IMG/VR virus record: IMGVR_UViG_3300011115_000619
Coordinates: 1-60,152 of that record
Direction: 5' to 3' (one strand)
Origin: a virus
Lineage: Duplodnaviria; Caudoviricetes
Length of the DNA: 60,152 bases
Shown here: piece by piece, positions 38,030 to 49,100 of the stretch
Layout: each line of letters opens with the position of its first letter
Position numbering within the stretch: position 1 is the stretch's first letter
Notes under the pieces: model-generated
Told to the model about the DNA's origin: nothing
Databases searched by the model: none
Seen by the model: only the letters and a program-made list of their open reading frames with translations
Position numbers and translations under genes: made by a program

Positions 38030-38349
38030 TGCCCAGCAGATACCCTACAGCTCCGGCTGAGTACGATCCTCGTCAGCTTGATCAGTTGATGAGAACGCTG
38101 GTTACCGACCTCACGCAACTCAGCCAGCCCATCGCCCTCAATTACAGTTCAGGTGCATTTGCACCTATGAGCCAGATGATTGGCGGCGGCAGGACCTACG
38201 CTACCGGCGCAGTCGGTACTGTCAGCGTTGAGACAAACGGTGGCGTGAGCGTGGCTGTGAACAGCGGCGTTGAACCGAACCTATACAATATCGCAGAGGC
38301 TCTTGCGGCCTTGATCACCGATCTGAAAAACAGAGGGATGTTGGGCTAA
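38029..38349 (+). CDS. Hypothetical structural protein
   Basis: P.AP.EYD motif; coupled. Confidence 0.6.
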   Translation: MPSRYPTAPAEYDPRQLDQLMRTLVTDLTQLSQPIALNYSSGAFAPMSQMIGGGRTYATGAVGTVSVETNGGVSVAVNSGVEPNLYNIAEALAALITDLKNRGMLG

Positions 38350-39776
38350 TGGAATATCTTCGCCGTGCGTCACAGCACATCTCCAAGCAAGGTCGCGGTC
38401 CTGACAACGCCCTCATGCATGTCACGAGCAATGAGCTTCAGGCCCTTGGTCGCCTGCACCCCAGTGGCCAGCTTCCTCGCAATCCAAAGACTGGCCTGCC
38501 GGAGGCTGGGTTTCTTGAGGACATCCTGCCCTCGATTGTTGGCATTGGCCTGAACTTTATTCCCGGCGTTGGCCCTCTTATCTCCGCTGCGGCCAGTGGT
38601 TTGACCAGCACGGCAATGACCGGAGACCTTGGCAAAGGCATCATGTCCGGCCTGCTGAGCTATGGCGCTGGCAGTGCATTAAATGGACTTGCTGGCGAGG
38701 GTGCTGCCGCTGCGTCGGCCACCACTCCTGCGGCGTCCAATATAGGTGCCGAATCCTTCAACGCCGCCACTCAGAGCGTTGGGGATCTTGGTTCTTCTGC
38801 AGGCGCTTCATCGTTTGGCCTTCCCTCTCCCGCCGCGCCCGCAATGAATCTTGGCGGTGGTCTGCCGACTGCCCCCAGCCAGTCACTTCTTCAAAGTGCT
38901 AATCCCTTTGGCTCAGCCACAAGCGCAAATCCTGCGTTTGAAAGTTTGCAGGGCATGGGGACCTCGATAAATCCGGCGGACCTGCCGTTTGGTTTGCAGC
39001 CGGGCATGGACCCGCTTGATTTCAGCAAGATGCCGCTCGGCGACAAGTTGAATGCAGCCGCAACCAACCTTGGGAACGATCCGACCGGGACCCTGAAAAG
39101 AACATTTGTGGACAATGCCATGAGGACCTCCTTGCCTCTTGGCGTTGGTCTTGTTGGCTCCATGGGTCAGCAGGGGATGGATGTTCCCAAAGAACCGACC
39201 AGCGCGGAACTTAACAGGAAGTACCCAGAGCAGTTCCCGGATGAACGTCGAGTCCTCACCCCTCCTTCCGACTACCGTCCCGGCTTTGATCCTGAGTTCG
39301 ACTACTTCGAGCCAATGGCTGCTGGCGGTGGTGTGCATGGCTACTATGCCAAGGGCGGGATTGCTGACGCCAACCCCAAGGCCTCGATCAAGGCAAACAT
39401 CGAGGCTGAGGCCAAGATGGCCCTGCTGGACCATCACCCCAAGGCCAAGGAAGCTCTTCGTCGCTATGCGGACATGTTTGGTGAGGATGCTCTCAGGGCG
39501 CTCACTGAGAAGGTGTCTTCCATGGGTGGGCGCATCCGTGGCGCTGGGGGCGGTCTGGACGATCTGATCCCCGGCACCATCGAGGGGCGCAAGGAAGTTC
39601 GTCTGGCAGATGGGGAATTTGTTGTGCCTGCTGACGTTGTCAGCCATCTTGGTGACGGATCGTCGGACCATGGTGTCCGAAAGCTCACTGAGATGATGGA
39701 TCGCATCCGCAAGGTGAAGACCGGGACCACAAAGCAGGCCGGTCACATCAAAGACAAGAAGGTCATGCCCGCCTAA
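38349..39776 (+). CDS. Internal virion / ejection protein (putative)
   Basis: GRGPD..L.HVT..E...NP.TGLPEA; G.G.G.DD.IP...LADGEFV.PADVVS.LG.GSS..G. Confidence 0.65.
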   Translation: MEYLRRASQHISKQGRGPDNALMHVTSNELQALGRLHPSGQLPRNPKTGLPEAGFLEDILPSIVGIGLNFIPGVGPLISAAASGLTSTAMTGDLGKGIMSGLLSYGAGSALNGLAGEGAAAASATTPAASNIGAESFNAATQSVGDLGSSAGASSFGLPSPAAPAMNLGGGLPTAPSQSLLQSANPFGSATSANPAFESLQGMGTSINPADLPFGLQPGMDPLDFSKMPLGDKLNAAATNLGNDPTGTLKRTFVDNAMRTSLPLGVGLVGSMGQQGMDVPKEPTSAELNRKYPEQFPDERRVLTPPSDYRPGFDPEFDYFEPMAAGGGVHGYYAKGGIADANPKASIKANIEAEAKMALLDHHPKAKEALRRYADMFGEDALRALTEKVSSMGGRIRGAGGGLDDLIPGTIEGRKEVRLADGEFVVPADVVSHLGDGSSDHGVRKLTEMMDRIRKVKTGTTKQAGHIKDKKVMPA

Positions 39777-40195
39777 TGGGTGTCTGCGTCAGTGCGGTCA
39801 CCAAAGAGTATGTCCTTGAGATCGAGGAGCAACTCAGGCCGCTGATCAGGAAACTTGGTTCCCACCTTGGGAACAGATTCGATGAGGACACACTCATCGC
39901 TGCCCTTGCCGCTGGCAGGATGGATCTCTGGATTGCCTTTGATGATGACGGCGTGATCCTCGCGTTTGGCGCAACTGCCATTCATGAGTACCCGCTCAGG
40001 AAGGTCTTCTCAGCGATATTCTCCGCTGGCACCAAGCTGGACCAGTGGGCAGACGACATGATGTTCATGTGGATGCAGTACGCAAAGGAATGCGGATGCT
40101 CGTCCATTGAGGTCACTGGCAGGCCGGGCTGGACCCGTTTCCTGAAACGCTATGGTTTTGATTTTCTCTGCACGACAGTAGAGAGGGAGCTTTGA
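39776..40195 (+). CDS. GNAT-like protein
   Basis: LW+...YP....AK..GC..IE..GR.GW.R pattern. Confidence 0.55.
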   Translation: MGVCVSAVTKEYVLEIEEQLRPLIRKLGSHLGNRFDEDTLIAALAAGRMDLWIAFDDDGVILAFGATAIHEYPLRKVFSAIFSAGTKLDQWADDMMFMWMQYAKECGCSSIEVTGRPGWTRFLKRYGFDFLCTTVEREL

Positions 40196-40196
40196 A

Positions 40197-41207
40197 ATGA
40201 AGATGCACATCCCCGGCATGATCCGGGATACGGGTCTGTTTGCTGGTGGTGCCGTTCATGGCAAAGGCGGCGGCAGTCAGCCCACCACCTCAAACGTCAA
40301 CCAGAGCAATCTGCCAGCCTACATGCGCCCGTACTTCGAGCGTCTGATGAAGCGGGCTGAAGCCACCTCCAACCGTGAGTACGAGGCATACCCCGGTCAG
40401 CGTATAGCAGACCCCTCTGCCGATACTGAGGCGTCCTACGATGCCGCTCGCAACCTCCACAACACCTACCTGCCCTCGTTCAATCAGGCGTCTGAGGCGT
40501 ACACTGGCGCTCTGGATCAGGCTGGCCGGGCGGTCTCTAGCTACGACCCAAACGTGGAAACGTGGAACGAGACCAATCGCCAGAACTACATGAACCCGTA
40601 CATCAGCGATGTGATTGGTCAGGCGCAGCAGGCTGCACAGCAGAACTTTCTTGAGAGTCAGGCTGGCCGCGCAGGGAGCGCAGTGAAGTCGGGTGCCTTT
40701 GGTGGATCTCGCGCTGCTCTGGCAGATGAAGCTGCTCGCCGCACCTACGACAGCCAGTTCCAGAGCCTGACCTCTGACCTGTTGAACAAGGGCTACTCCA
40801 ACGCTCAGGCTCAGTTCATTGCCGACCGCACCGCCAAGGATGCAGCCAATCAGTTCGCCTCCAAGCTTGGACTTGAAGGCGCTCAGTTTGGTCTTGAGGC
40901 TGGTCAGCGGATGCAGGGTCTTGGTGAAAGCGCGTTTGGTTTGGCCGGAAAGCAGGCCGGTATGCTGAACCAGTATGGTGGGCAGCAGTATGACCAGCGG
41001 CAGAAGGCACTGGATCAGGAGTACGAGAAGTTCATCAACCAGCGCGACTACGAACGTCAGAACACCAACTACCTGTCTGGCATCCTGCGCGGCGTTCCGT
41101 ACAGTCCTCAGTCCAACACCATCACATATCAGCCCAGCGGCACAAGCGTAAATCAGGCACTGGGCCTTGGGATTGCCGGTCTCGGCGCTCTCAACGGCGT
41201 GAAGTAA
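40197..41207 (+). CDS. DNA pilot / ejection protein (putative)
   Basis: GKGGG N-terminus, YMNPY, GAFGGSR; Gln/Ala-rich. Confidence 0.65.
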   Translation: MKMHIPGMIRDTGLFAGGAVHGKGGGSQPTTSNVNQSNLPAYMRPYFERLMKRAEATSNREYEAYPGQRIADPSADTEASYDAARNLHNTYLPSFNQASEAYTGALDQAGRAVSSYDPNVETWNETNRQNYMNPYISDVIGQAQQAAQQNFLESQAGRAGSAVKSGAFGGSRAALADEAARRTYDSQFQSLTSDLLNKGYSNAQAQFIADRTAKDAANQFASKLGLEGAQFGLEAGQRMQGLGESAFGLAGKQAGMLNQYGGQQYDQRQKALDQEYEKFINQRDYERQNTNYLSGILRGVPYSPQSNTITYQPSGTSVNQALGLGIAGLGALNGVK

Positions 41208-41217
41208 GGAGCCAGAG

Positions 41218-43173
41218 ATGAACATCCTGAAGATACAGGACACCCTGAAAAACCTGTCGGACGATCAGCTTGCTCAGGAAATGCGCCTGCCTTCAGGCTC
41301 CACTCCTCAGTATCTGGTCATGACTGAGATGCAGCGCCGTCAGAAGATGCGCGAGGAGTTCTCAGGCAGCCAGCCCCCGAAGACCACCATGGCAGAGGAG
41401 ATGTCTGGCGAGGCCCCTCCTCCCATGGGCGGTATGCCTCCGGGCGATGAGGCAAATGCGCAGGGCCTGATGGGTCTTCCTGATCAGACGATGGCCGGTG
41501 GAGCCATGCGGGCAATGATCAGTGGTCAGCCCCAGCAGATGGAAGACATGACCGCTATGCCGCCGCAGGGCATGGCAGCGGGTGGCGCTGTGCAGTTTGG
41601 TAGCCCATTCTCCAACGCTCCTCAGCAGGGCGCTGTGCAGGCGCAGGGCTATGGCCCGATCCAGAGCTACGCACCCAAGTACTACGCTCCGAACAAGGAA
41701 CCTGATCTGGGCACCATCCGTCACCAGTTTGACGGGATCTTCAACACCACTCGCGGCGCGCCCAACCCTCGTGTGCGCATGTCTGACGCTGAGCGGTATG
41801 GTCTCCCCAAAGGCATGGCGGCACCAACCTATGGCACCCCCGGCCTGAACCGCACGATCACCGGCAGGGACGGTCAGAGGACCCGCTACTCATGGGAGAA
41901 CGACGCAGCCCGTGACGCCTACATCCGGTACATGACACCCCCGGCCAAGACTGAGGCTCCCGTAGCCAAGGCTGGTGGCGGACCCATTCGCATGGCTGGT
42001 GGCGGCATCTTTGACGACTGGGCCAGTGACGAGGCTACGCCGGAAGAAGTCTACGCGACGATGCGCGACAGCGATATCACGGACATGCTTCGCAAGAAGC
42101 CTGAAGAACTGAACACAACTTTTGGTGCGTTTGGCGGCAATCCGGTAACACTTACCCGCGAGGGTCTTCTGGCTGAGGCCAAGCGTCGAAATCAAATGAA
42201 CCCTCTTGAGAGAGGGGTGAAGGATGTTGGCCGTTTTGCCTTTCCGGTTGTTGACACCATAGCCGGTGCGGCCAAGTACGTTCCGCGTTCTTTTGCACAG
42301 GCAAACGAAGGACTCTACAATCGGGTGAAGAATTACGCTTTTGGTGACGTTCCGCTCCCAGAAGATGCGTATGGCACGAGTGAACGCGGTCACGGTTCTG
42401 GTCCGTCAAAGCCCAGCGACAGGATCGCGCCTACAGGTGCAGTTGCACCCCAAAAGAGTGCTACTCCCCCCACCGCTTCCGTATCCGGCAACCCGAAGAA
42501 GGAAGAGAAGCCTGCCTCTGAAGGTGGTCTGGCCGCCCTCCTGCAGCAGCGGCAGGATCGTGCCAAGGCATACGAGGACCGGGCAAACGCCCTGCTCGAC
42601 AAGCAGCGTGGCGACAAGGATGCGCTGGCAAACCGGGACTTCAACGCCGCTCTGATGCAGTTGGGTCTTGGTCTGGCCGGATCAAAGGCCAACAACCTCA
42701 TGGCAGGGATTGCTGAGGCAGGTCTCCCTGCTCTGCAGCAGTACACTGCGGCCCGTGAGGGTAGGCGCAAGGACGAGGGTGCGCTCACTGAGAGCGAGCT
42801 TGCCATTCTGGGCAAGTCCAACGAAATCGCGCAGGCTGAGGATAAGGCTGCTCAGGACGCCTACGATGCCGAGCGCAAGTATGAACTTGACAAGCAGACC
42901 TTGGCCATAGAGCGCGACAAGGCCAATGCTCAGAACAGGTACTACGATGCCCGGTCTGCACTTGGTAACAACCCGTACACCAAGGGTCAGATTGACTGGG
43001 CAAAGCGCGTAGACATGGACCTGCGTGATCCGGTCAAGGCCATGAGCATCAGCGACGATGACAAGCGTCTGGCCAGAGAGATCCTGTTTGGCTCTGGCGC
43101 TGTTGAGGCTGGCGGTGGCCAGACCATATCCTACGACGCTACATATGATGCGAGCGGCAAGGCTACCCAGTAA
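41218..43173 (+). CDS. Internal virion / ejection protein (putative)
   Basis: Position; MAAGG motifs; LMQ.GL.L segment. Confidence 0.6.
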   Translation: MNILKIQDTLKNLSDDQLAQEMRLPSGSTPQYLVMTEMQRRQKMREEFSGSQPPKTTMAEEMSGEAPPPMGGMPPGDEANAQGLMGLPDQTMAGGAMRAMISGQPQQMEDMTAMPPQGMAAGGAVQFGSPFSNAPQQGAVQAQGYGPIQSYAPKYYAPNKEPDLGTIRHQFDGIFNTTRGAPNPRVRMSDAERYGLPKGMAAPTYGTPGLNRTITGRDGQRTRYSWENDAARDAYIRYMTPPAKTEAPVAKAGGGPIRMAGGGIFDDWASDEATPEEVYATMRDSDITDMLRKKPEELNTTFGAFGGNPVTLTREGLLAEAKRRNQMNPLERGVKDVGRFAFPVVDTIAGAAKYVPRSFAQANEGLYNRVKNYAFGDVPLPEDAYGTSERGHGSGPSKPSDRIAPTGAVAPQKSATPPTASVSGNPKKEEKPASEGGLAALLQQRQDRAKAYEDRANALLDKQRGDKDALANRDFNAALMQLGLGLAGSKANNLMAGIAEAGLPALQQYTAAREGRRKDEGALTESELAILGKSNEIAQAEDKAAQDAYDAERKYELDKQTLAIERDKANAQNRYYDARSALGNNPYTKGQIDWAKRVDMDLRDPVKAMSISDDDKRLAREILFGSGAVEAGGGQTISYDATYDASGKATQ

Positions 43174-43184
43174 GGAGCGGACCT

Positions 43185-46100
43185 ATGGTCAAGCGCGTAA
43201 GTTTTGCCGGTAACACCATTGAGTTTCCTGATGAATTTTCACGGGAACAGATCGACCAGATCATCAAAGAACGCGCCCCGGAATACAGAAAGATCTTTGG
43301 TATAAAAGAACCTGAAAAGCCTTCTGGCTTCAAGGCAGCGGTTGGCTCTGGCATAGATGCACTTCAGCAGCAGCTTTACTCAGCCGGTGAGGGTGCGGCT
43401 GGGGCGTTGGGCCTTGAGAGTCTGGCCAAATTTGCAGGCGAGGGTGCCGCAAGGAACAAAGCTGAGGCAGCAGCAGCCTTGCCTGAGCAGATGCAGTTTG
43501 GTAAGGCTGAAAGCCTTGGTGACTACTGGCGGGCTGCGAAGGAAGCACTGGGCACAAGCTTGCCTCAGATGGCTCCTTCTGTTGTCGCTGGCGCTCTGAC
43601 CGGCGCTGCCGCAGGCTCTGCCGTTCCTGTTCTTGGCACTGGCATTGGTGCGCTCATTGGCGGCACAGCGGCTGGTCTGCCTCAGTTCTTTGGTGCCAAC
43701 CGCGAACGTCAGAAAGAAGAGAACGCTGGCGTTGTGAAGTCTGAAGGGGCCGCTCTGCTTGCTGCCGTTCCGCAGGCCGCGATGGACAGCTTACTGGGTA
43801 AGTTCATCCCCGGCGCTGGCCGTGCTGTGGCTGGTGGTGTCCTGACCCGTGCGGTCAAGAGTGGCGCTGAGGGCGTCATCACCGAAGTTCCAACTGAAGT
43901 GGGTCAGTCCATCCTTGAGCGTCTGCAGGCAGGCCTGCCTCTGGATGATGACGAAGCGATTGGCGAGTACAAAGAGGCCGCGATTGCTGCCGGTATTCTG
44001 GGCGGTGGCATTGGCTCTGTCAGTGGCGCGGCTCAGAAGCGTGCCATGACCGATCAGGAGATGCGTGCGCTGGCTGGTCAGGAGCAGTCGGACCAGCTTC
44101 AGCAAAACATCAACGATGCCCGTATGGCGGCTCCTGCCGCCGCTCCCGCCGCTCTCCCGACCGCGCCTGCTGGAACGCCTCCTGCGACCACCACGGCTCC
44201 TGCAACGGCTTCTGCAACGGCCACCACGACAACCCCCGCCACAGCCCCTGCTACAGGTGCAACTGCACCCAACGCCCTAGCAGCCACCCCTCCTGCCGCC
44301 ACTCCTTCCGCTGCACCAGCATCAAGCTTGGTCAACCAGCAGGCGGCAGAAACAGCCGCGCAGATTGAAGCGGCCACCGCGCCGGAACCCGCGCCCACCC
44401 TGCCAAAAGGTAAGCCCGTCAGGGTCACCTACCTAAATGATGATGGTTCAGACGCCGACGTTGCGCAGGAGATGCAGCTTGTCGGCAACGAACCTGACGG
44501 AACCCCGATCCTTATCAACCCCCAAGGCCTGCCCTTCAAGCCCGAACCTAACCGCGTCAGGATTGAGCCACTTGAAGTCACGACCCCCTCCCCCGCTCAG
44601 CAGGTAGCTCAGGCAGAAGAACTGCCCTCTGCCACTGAACTCACGGCAGAACCTGCGCCTGAGCAGGAAATGGATCTCTCCACGGCCCTCAAGGAACTCA
44701 TCGACAGGGCAGACCTCAAAGCTGCACCCGCTCCTGTTGAGAACGCTCCCGCGCCTGAGCAGACGACGGGTCTGCTCGAAGATATCAAGACGCTCATTGA
44801 AAACGCAGACCTCAAGGCGGCTCCGGCTCCTGCCGAAAACGTACCTTCTACGGTACAGCCTGAAACTGCCGCACCGGCATCCAAGAGGGTAAGGAAGTCT
44901 CAGGCAAAGCCCGATACCCTGACCCCTGAGCAGGAAGTGGTATTTGAGCAGGCCATTAACTCGCTGCCTGCTGGCATCCGCATCATAAACACGACGGATC
45001 TGGGGAGGCAGCTTGGTTTCAGTGCTACCGCCATGTTCAAAACACTTGGCAGGCTGGCCGAAGAGGGGAAGGTTCAGAAGACCGGCAAGGGTCCGTACAT
45101 GCGCGTGGAGGCGTCAGTTGCTCCCGCCGCAAACGAAATAATCGAAGCGCCCGCAGCACAGCCCACCCCTCAGCCTGCCACTCAGGCTCAGCCAAACATC
45201 TTTGATGCGCTGGTCAACTTGGCAAGCACTCAGGCGCGAAAGATGTATCCGGGAGAGATAATTAGCGCCGAGGAATTTGCCGAACAGCGGAATATCACCC
45301 TTGAGCAGGCACAAGAAGCTCTTGGCAGCAACCCCTTCTTCAAGGAAGAGGATGGTGTCTTTGAGCGCCTTGAGAAGCCTCAAGACGACACCCCGCCCGC
45401 CCCCGCCGCAAAGCCCAAGGCAGCAGCCCCCAAGAAGGCACCTGCTCAGAAGGCGGCACCAGCAGCAGCCACCGAGCCAAAGCAGAAGGCCGCTCGCAAG
45501 CCCAAGGCCACCCCTGAGCAGCTTCAGGCAGCACGGGACAGCATCATTGCCGCGCCCGTCAAGACCAAGCTGGACTTGCCCGCGCTCATGAAACAGCACG
45601 ACATGACCATGGAAGAGGTCAGGGGCGTTGCTAGGTCCCTTGTTGACGAGGGGTTTGTTGTCCTCCCGTCCAAAAGCAAGGGGTACATCCGCACTGCCAA
45701 GGAGGCTCCGAAGGCGGCAGCGCCCAAGGTCGAAGCGCCCAAGGTCGAGAAGGTGGCTGAGGCCCCGAAAGTTCCGAGTCAGGAACAGGCCGCACCTGAA
45801 ACCAAACCAGTTGAGCAGGTTGTTGAAAAGCCGGTCGAGCCAAAGGCAGAGGTTGCGCCCCAGCCCCCTGCACCAGCAGCCGAAGAAACAGAAGCAGAGA
45901 CCGTCACGGAAAAGGTTGATGTCGCCGATCTGCTGGCCGCCCTCAAGAAAGAAGCTGCAGCCGCTCCTCAATTGACGGACAGCGAAAAGCTTGCGATGGC
46001 AGGCATCAACAAACTGTCGCTCAAACCCGACAGCGTTGTGTCGGCCCTCACTTTGATGGCCAAGATCAGGGAGATCAATCCTAATTCGGGGCTGACAGCG

Positions 46101-49100
46101 GCCAAGATTAAGAATGAAATTTTTCCAGAGCTTGTAAAGAAAGGCATTCTTGTGCCGGGCGAAAAGGGAACGGGCAACTTCCTGATCCCGCCCAAGCAGA
46201 AGGCTGCTCCCAAGCCCAGAGGCCCCAGAACTCAGGAGAGCAGGCGTGCTGGCGCTGAGCGTGCTGCGGCCAAGAAGAACATCGACAAAGCCAAGACCGC
46301 CGCTCCTGTTGAAGAAGAGGTTGAGGCTGAGGAAGGCGCGAGCATTCGCGAGATCTTGAACAGCCAGAAAGATCCAGACCAGCGTCTGGAGACACTCACT
46401 GAAGACAGTGCCCTCGACCTTGATATCGATGACTTCATTGCTGAGGTCGAGAAGATCAAGAACGAGAAACTTGCCGCTGCCCCGAAAGACGATCCGTTTG
46501 ACGCAAGCTTCTTAATGGATGCGCTTGGTTTCATGGAGGATATTGATCCGGCAGATCCTGAAGCCGTCTTCGAGGCTCAGAAGCTTCTGGTGAATGCAAT
46601 TGGCAAAACTGACAACCTGCTTGCCCCTGAAGTTCGTGAAGATCTTCAGAAGGCTTGGGCAGAGGGTGGCGAAGGAGACGGCACCCCCGGCGAACTGACG
46701 GAAGATCAAAAACTCAAGAAGAGATTCGATGTTCTGAATGAATTTGGAAACAAGATAACCCTTGGAAATATGGGTTCGTTTATAAATAGCCTTAACAATG
46801 AAGGGTTGATTGACGCCAAGTCAAAGTATTGGCAAGACACATTGAGCCAGCTTTACGGCATATTCTCAAACGAAGGAAAGATATCTGCACTTTCCTACCT
46901 TGAGAACAGGTTCAATCAGTATCGCGCTGATTTGAAAAGCAAGCCTGCTGATAAGTCAATGACTCCAAAGCAGGAGGCTCAGAAAGAAATTGACAATCTT
47001 CACGACAACAATCAAATCAACACAAACTCACTCTTGGGCCTTGTTGATGATTTTGTGAAGAGGGGTCTTTTCAACGAAGACATTGCCAAGGTTGTTCGCT
47101 CAAGCATTAAGAGCAATGCATACCAAGGCTCGATTGTTCTTGAGCGTGCGCTGAGCGCAAAGAGCATCGAGGAACTCTCCACCAGAGGTGCAAATGCACT
47201 TGAAACTGAAGCAGAGGCAGAAGCAAAGCCCAAGCGCACCAAGCGCCGGAAGGGCAAGAAGAAAGCCGCCAAGGAAGCCAAGGCAGCGCCCGAACTCACC
47301 CCTGAGCAGATCGCAGAGCGGGAGGCCCGTCGTGCAGAGGCACAGAGTTTCCTTAACGAGCGGCTGGCGAAGATGGAAGCCAGCGGTCCCTTTGGCCAGA
47401 AGGCTGCTGCGGAGGTGCGCAGAGTCCTCGCAGATGGCGATATATCGAACGTACAGGCCCATCACGCCTTCGTCATGGCGGAGATCGCCACGAAGCTCCT
47501 GAAGGGCACTGCAGCCAATCCTGACATCCGTTTCCTCAAGAGCGTGGACTACGATGGCAGGCGTCTGCGGCGCGGCAATCCAGATGCTCTGGCAGGACTG
47601 ATCGAGTTCTCCCTGAACGATGCTGAGGGCAAGAGCGTCCTTGGCTACTCTCGTGAGACTGCTGCCCACGAGCCGTTCCATGTCCTGCAAGATCTGATGG
47701 AGCAGTATGACCCTGCCACGTCCAAGATCCTCTTTGGTCAGCGTACTGGCATCGACCCGGACACCGGCCACGGCATCTACAAGGGTGGTGCGTTCCGTGA
47801 CGGCATGACCCTCGCTGACATCAGCCCGTCCATCCAGCGCACCCTGAAGAACCTGTCTCCTGAGCCGGGTGGCGGAAGCTACTGGAGTCGGTTCAGCGAG
47901 CAGTACAATGCTCAGGATGCGGCAGGAGAGAGGCTGCGTTCTGAGTTTGGCAAGCAGCGCGAAGCCATGGCCTATGTGTTTGGTATGTTGGCTGACGCCA
48001 AGGAGCGTGGGTTCAACACCAACTCTCTAGACCCTGCGTTCAAGCGGTTCGTGAACTTCCTTGCTGCCTTCCGGGAGAAGATGGGCAGTTTCCTGCGTGG
48101 TGAGGGCTACCGCTCCACCGATCAGGTGCTGGAGGACTACATTTCGGGAGAGCGCCAGAAGGGCTATGGCGAGGAGGTGGATCGAGGCGGGCTTGGTGAG
48201 TTCAGCGTCAGGGGCAATGATCCGGTTTTTGTCAGGACCTATAAGGAGCTTCGTGAAAGCGCCAGAAGCAGGTCTGATTGGAAAGATTGGTATGATCGTC
48301 ATGACAAGCTCTTGCGCGACACCTTTGGTAATGACGCTGAGTTGTTCCAGACGATCCTTTCGGCAACCTCTCAGGCAGCCAGCGTAGCCGCCAATGTTGG
48401 TTTGGCTCTCAAGGCTTACCGGCAGATGAAGTCCAACGCCAATCAATTTGAGGGTTTTCTCCCGGCGGTCATCAAGAACCTTGAGCGCATCAGGGCTGAC
48501 GAGGCCTTGCGCGGTGCGAAGATCAGCGAGTATGGCAAGGCCAGCGCCGGAGATGAGGCTGGCATTGCTGTTGACCGACACATCGCCATGATCATGTTCG
48601 ACAAGAAGTCTCCCAACGCACGAGAAATTGCTGTTGCGAAGGAGTGGATCAGGGACATTGCGCGAGACCTTGGCTGGAAGCCTCGCGAGGTTCAAGCTGC
48701 TCTCTGGGCCGCAAATCAAGTCATCCAAGGAAAGGACCCGGCAGATGTCAGAAGCTACGACTACTTCCTCGACCGCAAGGCCAACCAAATCGCAGCCCTT
48801 CGATCCGCGTTCCCTGACGTTGGAAGAGAGGCAGGCGGCATTCGAGAAAGCAGCAAAGCTGTTCAGTCTGGCGAAGAGCGCTCGCAGCGTGGAGGAGTAG
48901 GGTCTGACGGCGAGTTCTCTGTGCGTGGTGGCCGTCTGTCTGAAAAGGCAGAGATGGCCATCAACCGTGGTCAGCTTCAGAACGCCAGCAAGAACCTGAC
49001 GATCATGCAGCGTCTGAAGAAGATGGCTCAGCGCGTCTTTGATCCGCTGGCAGACATGACTGGCCGTGACGAGTACCTGATGCAGCGTTACCGTGCGCTG

